From: an uncultured Clostridia bacterium
Lineage (GTDB): Bacteria > Bacillota > Clostridia > TANB77 > CAG-508
Assembly: GCA_944386385.1 (NCBI GenBank)
Contig: CALXAV010000008.1
Location: 2,903 to 66,902 of the forward strand
DNA: 64,000 nucleotides
Direction: 5' to 3'
Within the stretch, counting starts at the first letter, position 1. Every line of letters begins with the position of its first letter. The notes beneath the pieces are model-generated. The model had not been told where the DNA came from. It searched no databases and saw only the letters and a program-made list of their open reading frames with translations. A program made the position numbers and the translations under genes. Shown one piece after another: positions 1-12,300 of the stretch.

Positions 1-3000
1 AAACTTTCATTATATAGTCCTGCTCCTGTTTGATACCAATCTTTGTTTAGCTCTGAACTAAATGTTAAGTCATTTGGCATATAATCTGCAATTCTTCTAA
101 CATATCCGTCTACTTCACCTACATTACTTACTCTAATCTTGTATTCTATTAATACTGTTGCTCCATTTACTCTTTTTGCATCAAGCTCTGCTCTTGCAAG
201 TGTTTCGTCGTTATATTCTCTTACTGTACTTCCACTTGAATCTTGAATAACAATTCTGCTAACAAATTTTTCAAGTTGTAAATCAAAGTTTTGTAATTCT
301 ATAAATCCTATATTAATGTCTGAAACATTTTCTTCATTCATTTCTATGATATCTGTTGATGCAACTTCTTGTGATTGTCCATCTATTGTTAATTCTTTCA
401 TCATTGCATCTGAATTATTTGTTTCGCTTACACCTTCTGCTTTATATTTTGTTAAACCATATGTTGAATCTTCATAATTAAATATTACAATATAACTTCC
501 ATTTCCTATATGGTCTAATACATATACACCATTATCATTTGTAGTAACTTCTAATACTGTTCCGTCTTCTTTTTTTACTAAGTTATTTGTTTCTGTATTA
601 TATAATTGTACTCTTACTCCTCTTAGTAATTCTTCATTATCATCTCTTGCACCATTTGCATTTTCATCAAACCATGCAATACCTGTTATTATTCCTGTTC
701 CATTTGCTACATCATTATCGTCAACATTATTATTATTATTATCACCTGGATTTGTTGTTCCACCACCATTTTGTCCTTCATTTGCTTCAATTATATGTGT
801 TATTTCTGAAGTTTTTGCAATTTCTTCTCCTAATAACTCTGCTGTTGCTTTATTTGTTATTGCTTCCGCTTCTAACCTTCCTGCTGAGTAATTTACAACT
901 GTTTCTATTTTTATTGTACTTTCAGTTCCGGCTGATATATCACAACTAATTTCTATATTGTTTGTTTCTTTTAATTCTTCAATTTCTTGATCATCAAAAG
1001 TTACTTTATTAACTGTTAAACTTGTTGGTATATCATCTTTTATTATTAACCCTTCAATATTTTCTGTTCCGTTATTTTTTACATTAATAGTATATTCTAG
1101 TGTATCTCCAGCTTTTAAATAATTTCCTTCTGGATTTGCTGTCATTGCTAAAGATATTTCTGCCTTCTTCACATCTTCAGTTGTAATGTTTGAACGATAT
1201 TCATCTTCTCCTATATTTGCTACTACGGAGAAGTCTATTTCTAAATCTTCGTCTAATTTATTTATTGTCATATCATAGCTTAATACTTTATTCTCTCCTG
1301 GTTCTAGTGAACCTATATTAATTTCATCTTGATATTCTATGTTTTCTGTTGTACTATTATCTTCTTGAGCATTTTGTGTTAACTCTTCTTCTGTTACTTC
1401 ACTTATTCCTTCTCCACTACTTTCTTCAGTGCTTTGAAGGTCTTCATCTGTTACTTCTTCTGCTGTCATTCCAGAAATTAGACTTAATCTTGTTACTGTT
1501 AAAGTTTCTGGTAAATTTGTTCTAACCATTACATCATCTTGTCTTTCATCTGAAATATTTTCTATTATTGCAAAATATTGTACTGCACCTGTTTCATATA
1601 AGTTAACACTTCTATCTGTTACTCTTTTTACAGTTACACGAATATTTCCATTACTTGTAACTAAACTTGTCTCTTCTGATTCTTTAGTTACATCTTCATA
1701 AGTAATAGAAGATTTACTTACTAAATTTGTTCCTGCTTCAGTATCACTATTTACTCTTACTTCATATTCTCTAGTTGCTACTTGTCCAACACCTAAATTC
1801 TCAATTGTGTCTTCATAAGTTGTGTTATCTAATTCTTTATAATAAGAAGCTCCTGTGTATTCATAATGTTCTTCTGGTTCTACTAATGTAGTTCCTTCTG
1901 GTACTATTCCTCTTACTTGTACATTACTTATATCAACACTACCTACATTAGATACTTCTATTTTATATTTAATAACTTCACCATTTCTTACTGTTCCACC
2001 ATTTTGCATTTCTGTTCCCGCAACACTTGCTGTTATTTTTGTCTCTAAGTTTGGTCCAACTCCTGTTTCTAAATCAATTTCTGTTGCTTCCATTTGATTT
2101 GTAGCTTTTGTTAAAGAATTTTGATAATTTACTGTATAATCTTGAGTAGTTTCTTGATTATATTCTAGAGAAGCTGGTACATTTGTTGTATAAGTAGCAT
2201 TTATAGCTGTTCCTGTTTCCATTGTAGGTACATCTATTAAATATTTTCTAACTTTTGTTCCATCTGTTATATTTTCTTGCCATCCGTTTTCTCCGTTTTG
2301 TAAATCATCTGTTGCATTTTCATTTTCTGTATAATATACTTTTGCACCGTCTACGCCTTGAACATCAAGTCCTTGTGTTACAGTTGTATCAATATTGTTC
2401 TCAGCATTTCTTGTTGGGAATGTTCCTAACACTTTTACATTTTCCATAGTATTTTCATTATTGTTTATTACTTCTATTTGAGTTTGTAAGTCTTTTGCTT
2501 CTGTACCTCTTTCAAGGTTTGCTGTTACTGTTTCTTCTTGTCCTATTGTTTCTACTCCTAAATCAGAAATACTATGTACTACTGTCATATCTGTTGGTGC
2601 AACTATTTTTATATCTTTTTCAGCTGCAATAACTTCTTCGTCATTTTGAATATTCATTACTACTTTTCCATCATGTGTTGCTGATTTTCTATTTACATCT
2701 ATAGAAGCATCTATTACTAATATTGCTCCATCTATTCCTGCTTCTTTATATGCTGTTTGTTTTCCTGATAGTTGAACTGTTATTGTCCTTCCATCTGTCC
2801 AATAATTTGCTATTGATAATTCTGTTTCATATACTAAATCAATATTATTTATTGTAATATTTTCTACTGCTTCTGGTAATTCATAAGTAATTATTGGGTT
2901 TTCATATAAATTATATTGTTCATTATTGCTTCTTAATGTTGTTCTTATCTCTACATCATTTGATACAACAGTTGATAAAGTATCTTTACTAACTTGTAAA

Positions 3001-4508
3001 GTTGCTTCTGTTTTAGCCTCTTCTAATTTTATTGTTGATTCTGAATTAGCTGTCACACCAGTAGAATAATCAATAGTAACATTTGATACTAATCCACTTG
3101 CATTTCTAACTTTTTCTTCTTCTCCTGATTTTATTGTCTTTGTATGTGTAAATTCTAAGTCACCTTCAGCTATAGGTGTTGATGTTCTAATCTCTATACT
3201 TGCTGGCTCTCTTCCTGAATAATCAACTATTAGATTTCCATTTTCATCTGTTGGTGTTGATGAAGTTATTGTTCCCAATATTACTTCATTTTCACCTAAT
3301 ATTATTATAGTTCCGTTTTGTCCTAATATTTTATCAAAACTGTCTTTTGAGATACTTGTTCTATTATAAACAACATTTGCACTAATATTTTGTCCGTCAT
3401 TTAAAGAATAAAAGCTTGCATCTTCTTTTACTGAAATTCTTTCTTCAGTATTTGCTAAGTTTACCATTAATTTTGTTTTAGTTTCAAAACTTCTATCTAA
3501 AGAAGAATTTATTTTTCCTTTATATATTGTTCCCTCTGTTGGTATATTAGCAACTTGTACTAAGCTATCTTTTTCTTCATTTCCTATCTCTATTGCATTT
3601 GAAACTTTAATTTCTTTATCATTATATAATTTTACAGTTTCTTCTATTGGTAATTTAACACCTTCTAAATTAACATCCTTGTTGTAAACTAAAGTTAATA
3701 TTACATTTTCAGAACCTGATTTTCTCCATAAGATTTTATTTTCTTCATTTGGTTCATTTGTAAATTTCAAATTAACTTTTTGCTTGTCAGATTCATATTC
3801 AAAATGTGTCATAGTGTTAAAGTTAGCCTTTGTAACAATTTCTGGCGTCTCTTCATTTTCTGGTAAAGTAACATCCGCATTGATTTCTTTTATTGGATAG
3901 TTGTTTTCTTTTAGTCCCATGTTCATAGAGATTTGTAAAACTCTTTTTTCTTCACCATTTACTTTTACAATTTTATTTGTAATTAACTCCATTGTATTTT
4001 CTACTGTTTCTTCAGAGTTGTTTTCTGTATAATCTAACTTAATCTCTCTTGTTGCTTCTATATTTATATCTTTTTCTGTACTATCTTTATAAGTTCCTGT
4101 TAATTTTAAATCTGATACCGCACTTAATAGTCCTGCATCAAAATTATCATCTTTCACAGGTTCTACTTCAACATCAAAACTAGCTGTGCTACCAGCATTT
4201 ATTTGATTTAATGTTATTTTGTTTCCTTCTATTTTGTTTACAAATTCACTACTAGAATTCTTTAATTTGAAATTACTATTTTCCAAAGTAATTTCTCCAT
4301 TAAAATATCCTTCGTTTTTTACAGTAACACTTAATGTTAATAGGTTTTCACTTTTTAGTTCTGCAGTATATTCTATATTTCTATGATTTGTAGAAACACT
4401 TTCTGCTGCCAAACTAACAAAGCCCACTCCAACATAAATGAAATTAATCATCGTTAAAGTTATTAACAATAACATTACTGTTACTAATTTCATAATTCTA
4501 CCCTTCAT
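1..4508 (-). CDS. Large secreted/cell-surface protein with multiple Ig-like/DUF11-like and SdrD-B-like domains; truncated by window edge
   Basis: Not in ORF track. ATG at 4508 after AGGAGG; signal-peptide-like MKGRIMKLVTVMLLLITLTMINF; ITGIAWFDENANG and FDLQLEKFVSRI motifs; frame consistent at both ends. Confidence 0.75.
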   Translation of the reverse strand, partial: MKGRIMKLVTVMLLLITLTMINFIYVGVGFVSLAAESVSTNHRNIEYTAELKSENLLTLSVTVKNEGYFNGEITLENSNFKLKNSSSEFVNKIEGNKITLNQINAGSTASFDVEVEPVKDDNFDAGLLSAVSDLKLTGTYKDSTEKDINIEATREIKLDYTENNSEETVENTMELITNKIVKVNGEEKRVLQISMNMGLKENNYPIKEINADVTLPENEETPEIVTKANFNTMTHFEYESDKQKVNLKFTNEPNEENKILWRKSGSENVILTLVYNKDVNLEGVKLPIEETVKLYNDKEIKVSNAIEIGNEEKDSLVQVANIPTEGTIYKGKINSSLDRSFETKTKLMVNLANTEERISVKEDASFYSLNDGQNISANVVYNRTSISKDSFDKILGQNGTIIILGENEVILGTITSSTPTDENGNLIVDYSGREPASIEIRTSTPIAEGDLEFTHTKTIKSGEEEKVRNASGLVSNVTIDYSTGVTANSESTIKLEEAKTEATLQVSKDTLSTVVSNDVEIRTTLRSNNEQYNLYENPIITYELPEAVENITINNIDLVYETELSIANYWTDGRTITVQLSGKQTAYKEAGIDGAILVIDASIDVNRKSATHDGKVVMNIQNDEEVIAAEKDIKIVAPTDMTVVHSISDLGVETIGQEETVTANLERGTEAKDLQTQIEVINNNENTMENVKVLGTFPTRNAENNIDTTVTQGLDVQGVDGAKVYYTENENATDDLQNGENGWQENITDGTKVRKYLIDVPTMETGTAINATYTTNVPASLEYNQETTQDYTVNYQNSLTKATNQMEATEIDLETGVGPNLETKITASVAGTEMQNGGTVRNGEVIKYKIEVSNVGSVDISNVQVRGIVPEGTTLVEPEEHYEYTGASYYKELDNTTYEDTIENLGVGQVATREYEVRVNSDTEAGTNLVSKSSITYEDVTKESEETSLVTSNGNIRVTVKRVTDRSVNLYETGAVQYFAIIENISDERQDDVMVRTNLPETLTVTRLSLISGMTAEEVTDEDLQSTEESSGEGISEVTEEELTQNAQEDNSTTENIEYQDEINIGSLEPGENKVLSYDMTINKLDEDLEIDFSVVANIGEDEYRSNITTEDVKKAEISLAMTANPEGNYLKAGDTLEYTINVKNNGTENIEGLIIKDDIPTSLTVNKVTFDDQEIEELKETNNIEISCDISAGTESTIKIETVVNYSAGRLEAEAITNKATAELLGEEIAKTSEITHIIEANEGQNGGGTTNPGDNNNNNVDDNDVANGTGIITGIAWFDENANGARDDNEELLRGVRVQLYNTETNNLVKKEDGTVLEVTTNDNGVYVLDHIGNGSYIVIFNYEDSTYGLTKYKAEGVSETNNSDAMMKELTIDGQSQEVASTDIIEMNEENVSDINIGFIELQNFDLQLEKFVSRIVIQDSSGSTVREYNDETLARAELDAKRVNGATVLIEYKIRVSNVGEVDGYVRRIADYMPNDLTFSSELNKDWYQTGAGLYNES

Positions 4509-4772
4509 AATAAACCTCCTTAGTTTATAATACCTCTATCTAATATTATAACCTGACTTACCAGTTTTTTCAAGGTTTTTCTTCATTTTTTATAAACTTT
4601 TTATGTAAATAGCCTATTTTTTTATAAAATTTGCTTACGGAGACTATTTTTAGCTGATTTTTAATTAAAGATTTCATTTATATGTCCTTTTTATTAAAAT
4701 TTGTAACATTTAGCTTCTTTACTTAATATTATATCTCATAGATAAAGTTTGTTTGCATATAATTAATTAGAG

Positions 4773-5207
4773 GTGATTTGTTTGGACGATAAATTTAATA
4801 TTAACCAAGATTCTTTAAATAAGTTAAATGATATGATGAAAAACGGAAACGTTTCAGATTTACTATCTCAAATTCCGCCTGATGTAATGCAGAATTTTTC
4901 TTCTATGATGAATAATCAAAATACTAGTCAAAACAACACTCAAAATAATTCTAGTGACAACAGCAATAACAATAATAATCCTCCAAATTCTTTTGATTTT
5001 AGTAATATTGATATGAATACTATTATGAAGATGAAAAATGTTATAGAGAAAATGAATAATTCTAACGATCCTAGAAATAATTTGCTTGCTTCCCTTAAAC
5101 CATATTTAAGAAATAGCAAAAAAGAAAAGTTGGATCAATATGCAAATCTTATTAATTTTGCAAAAATTGCAGAGATTTTAAAAAATGATAACAAGGAGTC
5201 AAAATAA
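4773..5207 (+). CDS. Hypothetical Asn/Gln-rich protein, probably sporulation-associated
   Basis: ORF with RBS; DPRNNLLASLKPYL motif common in clostridial small proteins. Confidence 0.6.
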   Translation: MICLDDKFNINQDSLNKLNDMMKNGNVSDLLSQIPPDVMQNFSSMMNNQNTSQNNTQNNSSDNSNNNNNPPNSFDFSNIDMNTIMKMKNVIEKMNNSNDPRNNLLASLKPYLRNSKKEKLDQYANLINFAKIAEILKNDNKESK

Positions 5208-5635
5208 TGGCTACTTTTCCGTTTACACCCTTTTCTTATAATAACTATTACAATCATTTTTATCCTCATTACTATAATAAAAGAAATCATCAAAATATTT
5301 CTAATATAAATAATCAAAATATTAAAGAAAATAAAATAGATACAAATCAAGAAAAATACAAAATTCAAGAAAATGAATATAAGAATAAAGATAATGAAGA
5401 TAATGAAGATAAAAATATAGAAAACCAAAAAAGATCAACTAAATATAATTCATTTGCTAATTTTAACATTTCTGCTTTACTAGAATCTGATTTAAATACG
5501 CCTATTATAGAAATATTAGGTATAAAATTATATTTAGATGATCTTATTATAATTGGTTTATTATTTTTTCTTTACAAAGAAGATGTACAAGATGAAATAT
5601 TATTTGGCATTTTATTATTACTATTACTTAGCTAG
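5207..5635 (+). CDS. Hypothetical protein with C-terminal hydrophobic DDLIIIGLLFFL motif
   Basis: TAATG overlap with upstream ORF, RBS AAGGAG. Confidence 0.6.
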   Translation: MATFPFTPFSYNNYYNHFYPHYYNKRNHQNISNINNQNIKENKIDTNQEKYKIQENEYKNKDNEDNEDKNIENQKRSTKYNSFANFNISALLESDLNTPIIEILGIKLYLDDLIIIGLLFFLYKEDVQDEILFGILLLLLLS

Positions 5636-5636
5636 C

Positions 5637-6251
5637 TTATTCTATTATTATTTTACCATCAACAACACTAAGATATGCTTGCTTATGTAATGGTTCTTCA
5701 TCACGGTTAATTTCTTTTACTATATTAGCAATTCTAACTTGTACTGCGTCAAAAAGTCCTGCTGCAATAATTGCTTGTTTATTTCCTTTTGCTCCTGCAT
5801 GTGCTAAACCTCTTAAAGCCCCTAAAACTACTATATTATCAGATGCCATTACTTCTGCGCCTGAATTTACATCTCCTAAAATTACTAAACTTCCTTCTGT
5901 TTCCATTTTTTGTCCAGATCTTAAAGACCCTCTATGGAATTTTGTCTCAGACATTGCTATTTCTTTATCAAAAGCCCTCTTTATGCTAGAAAGCCCTAAT
6001 GTTTTTGGCATATCAAAATCAATTTCGACATCGATTTTATCTTTTATAATTGCTTGTATTTGGTCAATCTCTTTATTTTTTAATATTTTACCAGTTACTC
6101 TTATCGGTGTTTTTTCATCTTTATATAGTTTTTTTAATTCTGGCAATTTTTTTCTTAATGTATTAATTATTTGCCCTTGTTCTGCATTTTCATCTAATTT
6201 TATTATAATTTCATCTTTTCTTAAGTTTATGCTTACATAATTATTTTTCAT
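5637..6251 (-). CDS. minC: Septum site-determining protein MinC
   Basis: SLRSGQ...GDVNSGAEV...G.LRG.AHAG beta-helix motif. Confidence 0.9.
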   Translation of the reverse strand: MKNNYVSINLRKDEIIIKLDENAEQGQIINTLRKKLPELKKLYKDEKTPIRVTGKILKNKEIDQIQAIIKDKIDVEIDFDMPKTLGLSSIKRAFDKEIAMSETKFHRGSLRSGQKMETEGSLVILGDVNSGAEVMASDNIVVLGALRGLAHAGAKGNKQAIIAAGLFDAVQVRIANIVKEINRDEEPLHKQAYLSVVDGKIIIE

Positions 6252-6339
6252 TTTTACATCCTTCCAATTTTTACTATTTACACTAAAAATATAATATAGA
6301 TTTTTCTTATTGTCAATAAAAAATTATAAAGCAAAACAA

Positions 6340-6380
6340 AAGTACAGGAAAAAATCATGTATTTTGCTTTTCCTGCACTT
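6340..6380 (-). terminator. Probable intrinsic terminator of the giant surface protein gene
   Basis: Imperfect inverted repeat AAGTACAGGAAAA...TTTTCCTGCACTT. Confidence 0.5.
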
Positions 6381-6389
6381 CTATTTTAG

Positions 6390-9300
6390 TTATTTTATGG
6401 CTTTCTTTAACATCCACTGACAATTTTTATTTGTAGCGTCTGCTCCTGTCCACATAAGAATATTATTTCCATCTCCTGTTGCTCCATCTTTTAAATGAAT
6501 ATATGTTCCAAGTTTTGATTGTATTGCATAATATCCATTTTTTAAATCTACAAATTTCCATTTTTGATTATTAGCATTAGTAGATGACCATAATTGCAAA
6601 TTAGTTCCATTTGCTGTTCCTGAACTTTCTACATCAAAAACATTTCCTGAGTTTACATTTACTATTGTATACCAACCATTTTCATTAGATTTTTTTATTT
6701 CAAATTTTTGTGCCGCTGTATAATTTTCTGTATATAGTTGTACATTTGCTCCGTTTGTTGTGCTAGCACCCGCAATATCCATTACCTTGCTAGTTGGTGT
6801 CAAAGCTGAATATATCATATAAACGCCTTCTTCTATTGTTCCTGTGTATTGTTCATTTGCTTGCCATTTAAGTATTGGTGTTGTTGCACCTCTTTTCCAA
6901 TTGCTTGAACCCAATAAATTCACAAATCCGTCTGTAATCATATATGAGTAATCTTTAAACGCTGTTGACGTTGCACTACCTAGATTAGTTCCTATTGTTT
7001 TAGCTGTTTTTCCTGTCTGTGAATATGAATTCTTTATAGTTGCTCCTGATTGATTTGCTCCAACTAATCCTGCAAAATTTGTCTTTCCAGCATTTGAAGT
7101 AGCAACACCTGTATTATATGAATTACTAATTGTTCCATTATTTGCTCCTGCAATTCCACCTATACTATCCCTACCTCTTATTGCTGCATCTTTGTTATAA
7201 CAATTTTCAACTGTTGTTCCTGTTCCTACATAACCTACAATTCCTCCGACATCGAAGTCATCACTTTCTGTTCCTGTTCCTAAGATATTTCCATAATTTA
7301 CACATAATCTTATTTTTGATCCACTGTCAATTAAATATCCAGTAATTCCTCCATTTGTATGATCTGCTTTTATAAAACCGTGGTTAGCTGATTGCTCTAT
7401 TACTGCACCTTTAGTTGTCAAACCAGATATTCCTCCTATATACCACTTTCCTGATGTAATGTCTCCATAATTTGTACTTCCTTTTATTGTAGCTTTTTCA
7501 TTAGAACCTACTATTCCTCCTACTTGAATTGCTCGTGGTACATTTATATCTCCGTAGTTTACGCAATTTTCTAGGGTAACAGTTTTACTGTCATAATGAT
7601 TCCAAGCCGCAATACCACCTACTGTAGGTGTATCAAAGTTAGAATTGCCAGTTATATTTCCATAATTAGTACAATTTCTTGTAGTTCCTCTATTTTGTCC
7701 TGTAATACCTCCTGTATTTACTGCTGTTGCTGAAACTACTCCATGATTTTCACAGTTTTCAATAATTCCTGAACTATTTCCAATGATTCCTCCAACATTT
7801 CCACTATTATCAGCTGTATCACTTGTTTTATTTAAAGTTCCATAATTAATACATTTTCTAACTGTACCATTTGTATGATTTAATCCTATCATTCCGCCCA
7901 AAGCATCTGCAATTCCTTTAAAAGTCATAGGTATCTTATTAGTACAGTTTTCTACCACTCCGTAATTTTCAGCTACTAATGTTCCAATATAATAAATAGA
8001 GTTTCCTGTACTATTTGTAATTGTAGCACTTCCACTTGCTAAGATTACATTTTTTACAGTTCCTTGTCCTCCTAATATTCTAAAAAGTCCGACATTTGAG
8101 GTATTATTTTGTGTTATTTTTAAATTTTGTATTTCTTTATTATTTCCATCATATATTCCATTAAATCCTTCTGTATCAGCATTTTTAGTTACTTTTCCTA
8201 TCATTATACTAGTATTATTTAAATTTATATTACTTGTTTGTTTAAAATACTTACTTGTATATCTATATGCCGTTCCACTTGTTGCTGCTTTTGCTACTTT
8301 TTCTTCTAGTTTCTTGATATCTCTTAAGTTTCCTATTTGATATGGACTACTTGATGTTCCTTCTCCATTCCATACTTTTACTGTTACTGTATAACTACAT
8401 GTTGCTCCTCCTTTACTTTCCTTCGCAGTAACTGTTGCTGTTGTTTTCTCTGCTCCTGCGTTTACGCCTGTTACTTCTCCTGTGCTAGAATTTACAGTAA
8501 TTGCACTACTTGTAGTCGAATATGTTATTGTTCCAGAATTACTACTTGCTGTTGGTTTCGTTAGAGTTACTTTATTTCCTTCTAATACTGTTGCCGTATT
8601 ATTTTTTACTGTTAATTCTGTTACGTTTATTGTATAACTTGTACTTGCTCCTCCTGCATTTTCCGTAGCCTTTATTGTATATGTTCCTGCTCGTAAACCT
8701 TTTATTGTTACACTATTTCCTTGTGTAGCACTTAAGCTTACTCCATTACTATTACTTGTAGTCCAATTAATTGTTCCAGCTCCTCCTCCTTTTGTTGGAG
8801 TTAATGTTAGAGATTGTCCTTTTGCTAGATACTTACTTGTTCCTCCCTTTAAGCTTGTTACCACTAATTTTGCTCTTCCTGTTGTTATTGTTGAACTTGT
8901 ATTAAACTTATTCGTTACTACACAATAATAATAAGTATTATTTAATGAAGTCGTTACACTAGAAGCACTTATCGTATACGTACTTCCTGTTGCACCACTT
9001 ATTGCCGTTCCTGTTCCTGTGCTACTTGTTGCTTTATACCATTGATATTTAGATACATTCGTTCCTGTCACTGAAAAACTTACTTGTGTTCCTTCTTTTA
9101 CTGTTACTCCACTTGGTGTTGTTGATCCAAACCATATAGCATATATTGTTTTATTATCACTTATTGTTATACTTCCAGAATGTGAATAACCTGTTCCTGA
9201 ACCATCTGTTTTATCATTCCATTTAACAAAAGCATATCCACTTCTTGTTGGTTTTTGACTGCTTATTGTTATCTTTGCTCCTGTTACAGCATTTTTATAA

Positions 9301-12300
9301 TCCATATATACTGTTCCTGTTTGTTTTGCTGGCACTCCTGTACCACTTTGTCCATTATATGTTAATGTTACTGTTTTACTAAATGATGCATAATACGTTG
9401 TATCTCCTGTTATTGTTCCTGGTGTTGCTACACTTCCATTATATGCGCTACTAGTTGACCAACCTCTAAATGTATATCCTGTTTTACTTGGGCTTGCTGC
9501 TACCGTTGGTTTTGCTCCTACTTTGCCTCCTGTATATCCCATATAGGCTGTTGCTTTATTTGCTGTGCTTGTATTGTTATATCTATATGTTGCTGTTACT
9601 GTATAAGTATATGAAGCATAATATGTTGTATTATTTATTATACTTGCATTTCCTCCACTAGCTACTGTTATACTAGCATTTGCCGCATTTGATGTACTCC
9701 AGCCTCTAAATGTATATCCACTTTGACTTGTTGAGCCTAAGTTTATACTTGCATTTGCGTATTTTCCATCATAATATCCCCATGCTGTTCCTGTCGCTGT
9801 TGCAGTTTGATTATTATAGTATTTCTTAGTTGCTGTTACTGTCTTTTTATATACTGCATAATATGTTCCGTTTGATGTTGTTGGCGTTACTCCACTTGTT
9901 GATGTTTTTGATGTTGCAACATGACTATATGTTGTACTTTTCGCTCCCTTACTTGAGCTCACTGCTGAAGGAATACTTATATTTCCTTGATATGTATTTA
10001 CTCCTCCACTCTTAGATACATAACTTCTTGTTCCGCTTGCTGTTGCTGTTGTTGCTTTACTTCCATTCCAATAATTAAATGTCGCTGTTATTGTTCTTTG
10101 ATATACTGCATATAAACTTGTCATGGCTGTCGCATTTGGTTCACGCTTATAATCTGTTGAAGCTTTAGTTGAATCATATGACCACCATTTGAATGTTGCA
10201 CTATCATATTTTGATGGTGTTGGCTTACTATCTACTGTACATACATATGTGCTTCCATTACTTCTTGCTCTTCTTGTACTAGTACTTGATGTGTGTGCTG
10301 AGCCATTATAGTAGTAATATGTTATTCCTACATCATAGTAAGCATAATATTTTGTTGTTCCTGTATTTACTGTTGCTGCTGTTGATGAATTTGTTGATTT
10401 TGATACACCTTTATATTTTGTTCCATAATATCCTGTACTTCCTGTTACTGCACTTGGTATTGATATGCTTCCATTATATGTATTTACTCCTCCTGATTTT
10501 GAAACATAATTCTTTGTTCCTTTTGCTGTTGTACTTGTTTGTGTTGCTGAATATGCATCTCCACTGTTATAATAGAATGTTGCTGTGACTGATTTTTCAT
10601 ATACAGCATATAAAGCTGCTACTCCTGTTGCATTTGGTTCACGTTTATAATCTGAAGATGTCTTAGTTGCATCATATGACCACCACTTAAATGACGCTCC
10701 ATCATAAGCTGATGGCTTTGGTGTACTATCTACTGTACATACATAACTTGTTCCGTTACTTCTTGATCTTTTCGTTGTTGAACTTGATGTATGTGCTGAA
10801 CCATTATAGTAATAATATGTTAATGTAGAACCATAGAATGCATAATATTTAGTATTTGCTGTATTTACTGTTGCTGCTGTTGATGAATTTACTGCTGTTG
10901 CTACTCCTCCATATTTTGTACTCCATAATCCTGTACTAGAGCTTACTGCACTTGGTACTGTTATACCACCTTGTACATATGCTCCGCTTGAATTCATATA
11001 CCTTGTTCCTTTCGCTGTCGTACTAGCTTGTTTGCTTCCATTATAATAGTAGAATGTCGCTGTTATGCTTGCCTGATATAATCCATAGTAAGTTGCATTA
11101 CTTGATAATGTTACACTTGCTCCACTATTTAGATTTACTGTAGCATTTCCTGTATTTGATGTTGACCAACCTCTTTGAGTATATGTAACCCCATCTTTAC
11201 TTGCATTTGCAAGAGTTGGTGCTGTTATACTTCCACTAGTAGTTTTATTATATACTGTTGCTGATTTTGTTGTACTTACTTGTTTACTTCCATTCCAATA
11301 ATAGAATGTTCCTGTTATTGTCTTACTGTATATCGCATATAGTGTTACATTATTTGTTCCCATTGTTAAGCTACTTAATTTTTCTTTAGCATCTTTATTT
11401 GTGTTCCAACCTACAAATGTATATCCACTCTTTGTTGCTGTTGGTGATAAATCAATACTTGTTCCTTTTACTACTTTTGCACTTGTCTTAGTAGCTGAAG
11501 CTCCTCCATTTTCACTATAATTATATGTTACTGTATAGCTATTTGCTGTCCAATGTGCATAATATGTTGTGTTTGCTGCTGGTACTGTTGTAGTTGTTGC
11601 TATTTTGCTTCCTCCTGTTGGTGCTGTATACCACCCTGCAAATGTATATCCCGCTCTACTTGCTGTTGGTAATGTTCCTAATGCTGTTCCATATGTTTTA
11701 TTTTGTGTTGTTTTACTTGGGCTACCTTCCATTATTTCTAATGAGTGTACATATAATTGATCTCCTGATGTCCATGTACTTCCACTTAAGTAAAATACAA
11801 ATGCTCTATATTGAGTATCTTGGGCTGTAAATGTATGTGTTATCTTTTGCCATGATGTTGTTACATTTACTTTTTTAGTTCCTCCTTGTTCGCTTCCTAT
11901 ATTTAATGTTTTATTTGAACTTGCCTTTACATATACGCTCCATGTATATGTTTTTCCTACTGTTAGTTTTGCTGGTGTTGAATAATATGGCCCTCCACTT
12001 GTTCCTGCTGGCATTACAAATTTTATTTGTTGTCCATTCATTACACTTGTGTCTGATACATTTGCTTTACTTGTTGGTGTTGTTCCTGCTGCACTATATC
12101 TGCTTGTTAGGTTTGTATCTGTCCATAAATTGTTTCCATAGAAATTATTATCATATGTTACTGTATATGTATTTGGTGTTCTAGTAAAGGTTGCTGTTAC
12201 TGTTGTCTTTGCATTTACTGTTCCACTAGTTGAAGACCAACTTGAAAATTTAGTTGTATATCCTGTTGCATTCTTTACTGATGCTGTTACTTTTCTTCCA